64,000 nt of DNA from the NCBI RefSeq assembly GCF_006345805.1, contig NC_043006.1, positions 88,660,001-88,724,000 of the forward strand. Reading direction: 5' to 3'. This document shows positions 53,511 through 64,000 of this stretch, one piece after another. The position numbers were made by a program, and so were the translations under genes. Source of the stretch: Octopus sinensis. Taxonomy: Eukaryota. The notes under the pieces were generated by a model that did not search any database, was not told the origin of the DNA, and saw only the letters and a list, made by a program, of their open reading frames with translations. Every line of letters starts with the position of its first letter. The first letter of the stretch is position 1.

Positions 53511-54348
53511 TGCACATGAGTAACAAAAGAGTATTTTCTACTTCTCTACTGAGTATATATTCCTCTCTTCTGTAAATTCAAATGACACACACAGAATTCC
53601 AATTTAGATGGTAGTCGTGATGCTAGTAGTGATGACTATGGTGGTACACACATTCATGAACACACATACACACATTTACACACATACATATACATGGTTT
53701 GATATGAGTCTATATATATATATGATATTTATGAACACGCATACATTCATAGAAATGCACACACACACGTATATATATATGTACATATCTATGTTTATAT
53801 TCGTGTACACACGCACATATATATAGTGTATGTGCATGAGTGTGTGCGTGTGTATGAATGTATCCGTGTGAGTATGTGTGTGTTTATATGTATATGCATA
53901 TGTATGCGTGTACACAAATATCATATATATAATATATATATATATACAGAGAGAGAGACAGAGACAGAGACTCCTATCAAACCATATATATGTCTACGTG
54001 TAAATGTGTGTATGTGTGTGCATGAGTGTGTGTATATGTATATACACAAAATCACAATATATTTTCATGTTGTATTTATGAGGATATAAACTTTAGAACA
54101 CGTTCAATGTAAAACATAGGAAGACAAATCACGAAATACTGAAATAAATATACATTATCCAGACATATGTTTATGTTTCCACCCTTTCTAGGTAATAATC
54201 AGTGAGTGAAAGGCTACATCTAATGATGTTGCTGCATTTATACGTACGTACATGAAACCGGGATTTAATCGTCGCAAAACAGAAACGAATCGAAACAGAT
54301 CAGATCAAACCAAAGCAGTGATGACATCAAACTGGCATACGAGTCCCA

Positions 54349-54913
54349 AGGCAGCGAGCTGGCAGAAACGTTTGCACGCCGGGCGAAATGCTTAGTGGTA
54401 TTTCGTCTGCCGCTGCGTTCTGAGTTCAAATTCCGCCGAGGTCGACTTTACCTTTCATCCTTTCGAGGTCGATAAATTAAGTACCAGTGACGCACTGGGG
54501 TCGATGTAATCGACTTAATCCGTTTGTCTGTACTTGTTTGTCCCCTCTATGTTTAGCCCTTTGTGGGTAGTAAAGAAATGGGTATTTCGACCGTCTTTAC
54601 GTTTTGAGTTCAAATTCCGCCGTGGTCGACTTTACCTTTCATCATTTCGGGGTCGATAAATTAAGCACCAGTTACGCACTAGGGTCGATGTAATCGACAT
54701 TATCCGTTTGTCTGTCCTTGTTTGTCTCCTCTGTGTTTATCTCCTTGTGGGTACTAAAGAAATAGGTACTTCGTCTGCCGCTACGTTCTGAGTTCAAATT
54801 CCGCCGAGGTCAACTTTGCCTTTCATCCTTTCGGGATCGATTAAATAAGTACCAGTGTCCTTGTTTGTCCCTTCTGTATGTAGCCCCTTGAGGGCAGTAA
54901 AGAAAAATAAATA
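54349..54913 (+). mobile_element. SINE family C head plus three body units, single TSD
   Basis: Units start 54398, 54582 and 54766 (184-bp period); 15-bp TSD GGCATACGAGTCCCA at 54334-54348 and 54914-54928. Confidence 0.92.
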
Positions 54914-55182
54914 GGCATACGAGTCCCATATGCTTAAACCTTACACACATCACCCAAAAGATGTCAAATTGAACATTAAAAATAATTTTTCGTACAGAAG
55001 CATATCTTTTCTAATGTCTTTTACTTTCTTCTGTCACTGAACTACGGGCAAGCTAGAGCGCCGCCCAGAAGTGTTGTGTCGAACAATTTGACACTGGCAC
55101 TTATTTTTATCCCTGGCACTTATTCTATCGGATATTTTTGCCGAACTGCTAAATTATGAGGACGTAAAAAAACAAACACCAG

Positions 55183-55229
<47 letters not shown>

Positions 55230-55323
55230 TTTCCGTGTTAATTATTAACAACGTAAAAATACACTCATCTATTTATATATATATATATATACACTCACAC
55301 ACATATATAAATATATATATATG

Positions 55324-55377
<54 letters not shown>

Positions 55378-55417
55378 TATATATGTGTGTGAGTGTATAT
55401 ATATATATATATATAAT

Positions 55418-58400
55418 AGATGAGTGTATTTTTACGTTGTTAACAATTAACACGGAAAAATAAATAAATAGTTACCAGGGCAGCAGAAATCTCACAAGTA
55501 AAGGTGTTGTAACTCCTTGTTTATAAAGGTAGAAACTTCGTGTTTAGGTTGAATATTTTGAATAATATGAATAAAAAATGGAGTTAACGCAGGTGTAAAC
55601 AAGTATTTTTACTTTCGACACATGTTTCGAAAATTCCACTGATACTATTCAAAAGAATAAATGGTATAAACAATGCAATCTTCTCTTCGGGAAAGTGAAA
55701 AAAACGAATGTTTTTGCCAATGCTTATATCTGTATGCTCGCTCTATAACCGTGTTTACGAGAGTATTTTTAGAATTTCTTGCCTTTGTCATATGGTATCG
55801 AAATTGAGAGGATCAACCATTCTAAATGAAATTGTTCATTGTGGTCTTTTAAATCCCAAATCAGTTTGCTGAGACCGGTACTATTCCGTTTATTTCTATG
55901 CCTAAATGTTGAGTAATGGATAGAAATTCTTTTAGATAACTCTAACGATGTGCTTCCAATGTAAAATCGTACTTTATTACGAGTACTGATTATACACTGG
56001 TATATAGAATTTTTAATCTTTGAGTTACTTGACATAAATTTAATTCTATTGGAATTGACTTCAGATACAATAACCTTGTTATTAATATTTCTAGAGGGTT
56101 GGATGGTATTTGCTAAGTTAATGTTAGTATTAGTAAATGTATTAATATTTAACAGTTTGTTATTATGAGAAGATATAATTTGCAAGAGATTTTTTGTGTT
56201 TGAAAAACCTATCCTAACCTTATGTGAATTAATTATAGAGTAATATCTAGAATTGTTTGGAAAATTCCTAGCAATAGCTTGACGAAACAGCAGTGGGAGA
56301 TTAGATTTAATTTGTCTCCCGTAAGGTGTTATTAACCAAATATTTTTACTAGTATTCATAGCGTAATTACTTTTGAAGGTGTTATATTTACTTTTAGATC
56401 GATAATAGGGGATTAAATAAGGGTTATCTGCCTTCATTCGCTTTGTATCGGTGCGTAAGTTATGTTTGTTATCAATAATTCGTTTACGACTAGAAATCTT
56501 ATCTACATTATTGAATTTACAATTAGACTGAGCAGAATCAATGTAGAAATTTTTTTCTGTATAACCTGCTTTAATTAAGGCAGAGTTACAGAATTCAGCG
56601 TTATTATTGAAAATATCAACATTAGCAGATAATTTAGATAATCTAAATGATATATTCTTAACTAAGTTCTTAGTAATTGCTCCAGGATGATTACTAAATT
56701 TGCTAATGTACTTAAGATTGGTCAACGGTTTATTATATGGGAAGTAAGAGTCACTGTGTAAATTAAGCGTAATAGCTAAAAAGCTGGCCTTCGTCAGATC
56801 GTCATCAAAAACGATTTTTAAGCCCATTCTACTGAAAAAATTAACTAAAATATTCTTAACTTTTTGTAACTTTTGGTTGGAAACATTTTGGAGGTAAAGT
56901 AAACAATCATCACGATATAGACCTCCATAAATTTTAGGGAACTCTTCAGCCATTTCAAAAAGAATATATATACAGACCAAATCAGCTATCTGTGCTGAAT
57001 CAGAATTTCCCATTGGTATATCGAAACTATCTGGTGTGTCTTTAACGGACCCACAACTTATCATCAAATTTAATAATAGATCTTCTGGCTGCCAACACAA
57101 CATTAATTTCTTCTCGGGTGAGACCAGCTTTGTTATGAGCAAGCCAAAGTGCCTTATTAAGTACTATTGGATTAATAGACGAATAAAAATTGGAAATATC
57201 AAACTGGATAAACTTTGTACTCACCTTACTGTTAATAGACCTAAACCAGTCAACTACTTCAAATGAATTAGTCCATAAACTAAGTTTTAATGTTTTGATT
57301 AAATTAGGAATATATTTATCTAGTATATTTTTACTACGGATACCGATGTCAGAGCTAGAAGGGCAGATAAGCCTTAATGATGGGTTAGTAAAAAAATTTG
57401 GTTTGTGATCCTTCAAAATGAACCGAGGTTGCTTAGGAACAAGTAGTTCTGTCTTCATTTGTAGGTTATATTTCTCCACGATTTTCATAGCCTCAATGTT
57501 GGCTTTCTTAAGTATTCTTTTATCAGCAATTTTATACTTTTTCTGAATTTCTTTTTTAAGTAATTCCAAATAATAGTCTTTATAAAGTTTGTACAGATTT
57601 CCAGTCTTATCAGATTGAACCAACATAGTATCCATAGAATTGATTTCTTTGGTGATGTTGCGAAGATACCTCAGATGTTTATTTCTTAGTGGTGATCGTT
57701 GAAATTTTACATTTCTCACAATGGACCAGAGATCATCTTCAAATTGCTTCAATCTTGGGTTAGGCGGCGGACTATTTTTAGATTTAAATAACTTGTTGAA
57801 CTCAGATGTTTTATCATTAGTGTGTTGTTGAGTGTCATTTTTGTCAAAGAAAAAGGTAAGCCATCTTATTCGGTTGATGAATGAATTAATCTTATTGACA
57901 AGTTGTTTAAGGAAAACATTCTTAGGTGGAATAGGAATGTCCTTAAGAGATGCGTTAATATTCAATAACTCCATATGCTGTAACTATTCAGTTAGCAGGT
58001 TATTAATAAACCTGATTAAAGTATTATAAATAGATGAGTGTATTTTTACCTTGTTAACAATTAACACGGAAAAATAAATAAATAGTTACCAGGGCAGCAA
58101 AAATCTCACAAGTAAAGGTGTTTAAACACGGTTATAGAGCGAGCATACAGATGTAAGCATTGGCAAAAAGATACATTTAGTGCATATAAGTAGTCTCTAT
58201 CATTATATATAATTTAAACTTTAATTTCCTTTATATTTAACATTCACTATTAATATCCCTACTCTTTCTGTTAGCTACTTATGACGTTATATCATATAAC
58301 GTTTTTTTAAACAATATTAATAGCGTTCTGTCTATCGCTATACGAATCCATCATTTTTTGCTAAAATGTCGTATTGACGAGTTTCGGTTTTTTCACTTTC

Positions 58401-58520
58401 CCGAAAAGAAGATTGCATTGTTTATACCTTTTATTCTTTTGAATAGTATCAGTGGAATTTTCGAAACATATGTCGAAAGTAAAAATACTTGTTTACACCT
58501 GCGTTAACTACATCTTTTAT
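55418..58520 (-). mobile_element. Near full-length Penelope-like element with direct and inverted pseudo-LTR segments
   Basis: Direct repeat 55418-55508 / 58031-58122 flanks the ORF; inverted copies 55713-55765 / 58123-58170 and 55570-55712 / 58383-58520; embedded in (AT)n. Confidence 0.9.
55769..57974 (-). pseudogene. PLE reverse transcriptase plus GIY-YIG endonuclease, frameshifted
   Basis: SDKTGNLY, KDHKP...RLICP, QFDISNFYSSI, +1 frameshift near 57042, FDIPMG, LYRDD, SNHP, IYQC...FYIGST; C-terminal CxxC region deleted before TAA 55769. Confidence 0.9.
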
Positions 58521-58534
58521 TCATATATATATAT

Positions 58535-58581
<47 letters not shown>

Positions 58582-58759
58582 TTATATATGTGTGTGAGTG
58601 TATATATATATATATATATACATACACATATATAAATATAAATATATACATATATATACGAGTGTGTATGCGTACATGTGTGTACACACACATATATGCA
58701 TGTGTTTGTGTGTGTGCATGTGCATGTGTGTGTGTGTGTGTAAGTATGTATAAACGACA

Positions 58760-58915
58760 TTTTCGTTTCAGTTTCTGTCTACCAAATTCACTCACAACGC
58801 CTTGGTCGACCTGAGACTATGATAGAAGACACCTCCCCAAGGCCTGACGCACTGGGACCGAAGCCAAAGCCATGTGACCGGAGAGCAAACTTCACAGTAT
58901 ACTGCTGCGCCTGCG
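58760..58915 (-). mobile_element. 5' part of SINE family B
   Basis: ttcagtttctgtctaccaaattcactcacaacgccttggtcgacctgagactatgatagaagacac is the reverse complement of 19105-19170. Confidence 0.65.
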
Positions 58916-60033
58916 CATATAGCTACTTATAGCTCACAGTAAATTGTGGGGCGTGCTTCAAACGTTGCTCTTTACTATTTGACTAAATCATCTTCCACCG
59001 ATGATTACCATGAAGCGTATCAAACTTAAATGTATGTGTGTGTGTGTATTTCAACCTCATCTAAGTGTGTGTGAATGTGTATGTGTATGTGTGTGTTTGT
59101 GTGGATACGCGTGTGTATGTGTCCCAAATCATCAATTCTGCGTTATCCCTCAAATAGTGTCGTCTTTCTTGGAAACCCTCCTACACTAGACCTGGTGGAA
59201 TTCGCCCACAAGGCGCTGGTGGCCCATTGCCTATCTCCTGCTTATCGATGCATCAATCGTTTCTTTGGGCGTCCGCCTGCCTGTCGTCCGGTTGACTTCA
59301 TTCACAATGCTATATGTGAATGTGTGTATGATGTGTGTTCGTATGTTTATATATATATATATACACATTCATACATGCATACATACATGCATACATACAT
59401 GCATACCCCACATATATGTATATATAGGTATAAATATACATATGTAGATGCATATACACATGCATACATAATACTTACACATATGTATATGTAGGCATAA
59501 ATATACATATATAGATGCATACGTACATACATACGTACATACATACATACATACATATATACATACATACATGATTACATATGTATATATACATATATGC
59601 ACGCACGATGGATTAAAAAGAAAGAACAGTGGAGCTTAAATAGTCAAGAGAATTCCGTATCTTTATAATTAACGATGCTGTTTTCAAGTACTTATAGCTA
59701 TAAAGAAATAAAGCAATAAATAAATAGACAGTCACATAAATGTATCAATAAATAATAAATGCATAAATATATCGATATACAGACAAATAAATAACTGATG
59801 AAAAAAAATTATAAATAAATAAATAAATAATGGAATGAATAATTATAGAAATAAATAATGAATTTTTAAAAAAGTATTAATCACTTGGGACCGTTTCTTC
59901 TATTGATTGATGATACTAAAGTTTTGATAATTTTGTTATAAAATACAATTTCTAATTAATTTGGCTAAACTAAAGAAAACATGTCACAAAAAGCACGCAC
60001 ATTCTCACATACACACACACATACATATCTTTG

Positions 60034-60075
<42 letters not shown>

Positions 60076-60185
60076 ATATATTTATATGCATATATGTGGG
60101 TATACATATATGTTTATATATGTGTGTGTACGTAAACGTTATTCTTACATTTATATACGCACATACACTTGTATACACACACAGG

Positions 60186-60241
<56 letters not shown>

Positions 60242-61139
60242 TACATACCTACTCACACACACACATGAATATACACACAGGCATTGTGCACAATGTGTCA
60301 GATGAGGAAATTACAAACTCCAGCAGCATCTCCATATTTGATACTTAATAGTCATCACCACCTCTACCACCATCACGACATCATAACCTCCGCTACTCAT
60401 TCCTTTATGCACTATATTTTAAATAGGAGATGGTGTATTCAAGGAGAATTAGTACCCATGGTGGAAGCATTTATCTTGTTCCTTTGGAAACATTTCGTTT
60501 GTATTTGATCTCCATTTGGGAACATTTCTTCTACGATTGCTCTCTATCCTACAGCTCAGACCAGTTGCTCCAAAGGTTGTAAGCAAATACAGCAGGTTAC
60601 ACTCCGAAGCAGACTACTTAACGTGAGGGTTACCGTCGAGTTCAAACCATATAATGGCTAAAGTCATATTTACACTAGAATGCGAAAAGGAGAAAACCAG
60701 ATATGGTCTCACAGTCAAAAGTCTATCTTGGCAAGTGTTGTGAATTACTAAAAGCACGATCAGACACTACAGTATCACTATTAACCTGCTACCTCTAGAC
60801 ATACCCCAGACATTTTGATTTCATTTTGTCTTTGGATGAAGACGCGCTAGAGAGAGGGAATGTAGCATGCGATGAAAAACTCTCCTCTGAACCAATTCAC
60901 ACACGAATCATAGCATCACCAGCTTATCCCTACAATTTTCATGTGTTGTGATGATGGAGAGCAGCGATGGGACTGTAGGTGAGGAAGGACACACCGTGTG
61001 GTTTCAGTGTGTAAATCTTGGTCGTTTGAGGAATATGAAGTGACACATCTAATCAAAGAGGATATTTATATTTAGCCATTTGGACTTCTCATATGGTTCG
61101 CAGATGTAATACATAAATAGTGAAATAGTCAGCATATAA

Positions 61140-61330
61140 ATCTGACACTTTAGGTGACTTGAAATACCAGAAGGTTCGTAATACTGGGACGACTTGTATA
61201 GTAGAATAATGTAAGCAGTTTTGTTTGAGATTCTACCTATACTTTGCGCATTTGTGTCCTTGAGAGTGACGACATGTTCTACCAACACAAATCTACGTTG
61301 CCACAGTAACAACCAAAACTCTAAGTGTAT
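61140..61330 (-). mobile_element. Very decayed REL-LINE 3' end
   Basis: SIGRISNKTA...EPSG resembles the IQKTALL...RIL terminus; gtgacttg 3' UTR motif. Confidence 0.35.
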
Positions 61331-62029
61331 TGACTATAGAGAATAACTAATTCTCGGAGTACAGTCCTGGGTTTTCTTTCTGACACGAATTTTGCGTATA
61401 ATCCACTGCAAGAACACTTAGCTATTATTACCGTAGTGTAAAATCATCAATGCAGCGGTACAGCTTGTTTGACATCCGTTGACCAGAGAATGAACACTAA
61501 AAATGAAACTTGTCCAACTATTGATTCTATTGATGAATTACAGATTGATCTGAAACTGTAACATTGATAATTATATTATTAATGTGGTTTTGTAGCTGCC
61601 TAAGCTGGTTTCTGCGCATTTCTTTGTTTTAACAGAGAGAATATCCTCATACTGTTGGTGCCTGTCTATCAAAATGTCTTTTGATGTTCAAAGTTAAGAT
61701 TTATTTCTTTACTTGTTATCCAGGTAATTGTTCAATGTCTGGGAAACAGTACTGCTGTATTAGTTTCTTAATAAATAGACGGCTCTTTCACCTAAAATAC
61801 GTCAGTTCGTTGTAAGTAGCTTAGAAGTTTCTATCTTTTTATGGACTTTACTAATTATGATGATTAATAATATATTTGATATTTTGATGCACCAGATCTG
61901 AATTTCTCTTTGTATGTGATGTATATGTGTGCGCACATTTTGTATGCTTTGCGTGTATCTAAAAGTGTTTAAGTCCATTTATATTAGTGTTGTATGTGTG
62001 TGTGTAAATACATATACAGACACACGGAC

Positions 62030-62108
<79 letters not shown>

Positions 62109-62163
62109 TGTGTGTATGTATGTATAATTTAACAAACACATATATTTCTATGAGCTAATAATA

Positions 62164-63368
62164 TCAGGTCATTCCATAAGTTCTGTCCGATTTTACCGTT
62201 TTTAAAATTGAATAAAATTTAATAGTATTTTACAATGTCTAATGGAATTCAGAATTATTTTTATGCATCTGTATACATTTAAACCAATTAAATATTGTTT
62301 TACAGAATAATAGAATTAAAATTTCTTTGATTAAAACCCTAACATGGAGTTTTCCAGAGAGCATTTGAGGCACATAATGCTTTATGAGTAAAAAAAAGGA
62401 AACTCTGCAGCCGAAGCGACTCGAAACATACACTCAGTTTATGGGAGAGAATGCTTGAATGAAGAACTTGCAGAAGATGGTTTGCAAAATTCAGAAGTGG
62501 AGATTTCAGCATTGAAGTTGAAGATCGAACAGGACGTCCAATTGAGTTTGATGATAAGCTCCTTGAGGCATTACTTGAAGAAAATCTTGCATTATCAGTT
62601 GAAGGATTGGCAATAAAGCTTATTTCTAACCATACAACTCTTCATCGTCATCTTCAACATCTTGGAAAGGTTCCTAAACTTGGAAAATGGGTTCCTCATG
62701 AATTGTCCGAAAGCAACCGCAAATCCCAAGTTGACATATGCTCGTCTCTCCATTCTCGCGAACTCATTTCACCCTTTTTGGATAGACTTGTGACTGGTAA
62801 CGAAACATAGATCTTCTATCGAAATGTTAAACGTCGTAAAAATTGGCTTGGTAAAAATGAAACGCTCAAACACAACCGAGAAGGGAACTTCAGGGGAAAA
62901 AGATTCTTCTCTCTTTCTGGTAGGATTGTAAAGGTGTAATTCACTTTGAATAGTTACCACCTAATGCAACAATCAATGCTCACGTGTAATGTCAGAAATT
63001 AGAGCGTTTGAACCAAGCTTTGGAGAAAAAAAGACCTGCTTTAGTGAATCGAAAAGGAGTGATGTTTTATCAGGACAATGCGTGACCGTACACTGCGAAG
63101 ATAAAATCACAGAAGATCGAAGAGCTTGGTTGGGAAAACATTCCTCATCCACCTTATTCTCCCGACCTTGCTCCTTCAAACTTCAGAGTTCTTCGCTTTG
63201 AAACCAAAAGAGTTTTACATTGATGGGATTAAAAAGCTTGTAAACAGATGGAAGGAAGTCATAGATAATCAGGGAAAGTACATTGATAATTAAATTTCAA
63301 TTAAATATAAAATTTGATTACTTGTTTTCTTTATTCAAAATTCGGACTGAAATTATGGGATGACCTGA
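62164..63368 (+). mobile_element. Mariner (DD34D) transposon, full length, decayed
   Basis: TIRs tcaggtcattccataag...tccga / tcgga...ttatgggatgacctga, TA TSD; RHIMLYE, RRWFAKFRSGDF, KWVPHELS, RLVTG, QDNA, PPYSPDLAPS remnants. Confidence 0.92.
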
Positions 63369-63606
63369 TAGTTTCATGTGATGAAAACATTTCAGACATT
63401 TCAATGAAAACATTTCAGTGATTGTTGACAGGTTATTGTATTTACAGGAATATGACCCTTGACGCACGCATACATATACATACAAACATATTGTCTTTTT
63501 ATATACACATTAACCATTTTCAGTTTTAGCGTTCACTATTCAACGGTTTTTTCTCCCATAAGCAATAGGGAAGCAAGCTATCTCTTTAACCCGGAGTAAA
63601 TTGGGG

Positions 63607-63666
63607 AAACCCCTGATGAGAAACAAGACCATGCTAGTTAAATTTCGAAATCAGATGTAAGGGTTT
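63607..63666 (+). ncRNA. Type I hammerhead ribozyme candidate
   Basis: AAACCC-CTGATGA-GAAA...TTTC-GAAA-TCAGATGT-A-(A)GGGTTT: intact core, 6-bp stem I with one extra A, weak stem III; ttg|gtgagt donor-like site ~15 nt downstream. Confidence 0.55.
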
Positions 63667-63934
63667 TATCAAACTACCTTATTTGGTGAGTCTATTTCGC
63701 CGAAGAAAGATGTTGTGGTTTGCCGCTCGCAGTCCTGTATACCTCATGAGATTGGTGATTTTGTGTGGATGGTTATATATATTTTTTTTTACACTTTATT
63801 TACATTTTTGCGATTTCTTCTGTTATCGGATTTATCAAAAATGGCTTAAATTTAGATTTCTTAAGAAATCGCTAAAAAATATAAATAAAATGTATATATA
63901 ATCACCCAACATTCTAACTGCCTTATTATTCTAA

Positions 63935-63946
63935 AGATATATATAT

Positions 63947-64000
<54 letters not shown>
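63935..64000. repeat. (AT)n/(GATA)n microsatellite
   Basis: Directly visible; similar GATA tracts at 14270-14380, 16755-16862 and 19625-19692. Confidence 0.95.

Overview
AT-rich, microsatellite-dense eukaryotic DNA. The tRNA-SINE families resemble described octopus SINEs, so a cephalopod origin is likely (inference, not a database result). No intact host gene, rRNA, tRNA or CRISPR array is supportable; nearly all long ORFs in the track are microsatellite translations or transposon remnants. Contents: (i) many Penelope-like element (PLE) pieces, including a near-intact RT+GIY-YIG element (55.4-58.5 kb) and at least six distinct pseudo-LTR segments with type I hammerhead ribozyme (HHR) motifs; (ii) a ~20 kb nest (33.7-53.3 kb) of REL-endonuclease LINEs (Dong/R4-like) and a 555-bp ORF-less partner element, mostly minus strand and embedded in (TTA)n; (iii) three SINE families, one forming head+multimer arrays; (iv) two decayed mariners, a Tc1 fragment, a Gypsy pol remnant, a Tx1/L1 3' end, a MITE with a 6-bp TSD and Helitron-like non-autonomous elements. 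Best leads: the HHR diversity (one intact core with a 67-nt loop II; a recurring non-canonical UUGAAUA core), microsatellite-centred palindromes beside PLE ends, and the self-propagating (TAA)n LINE nest. All alignments and folds were done by eye, so coordinates of decayed elements are approximate.
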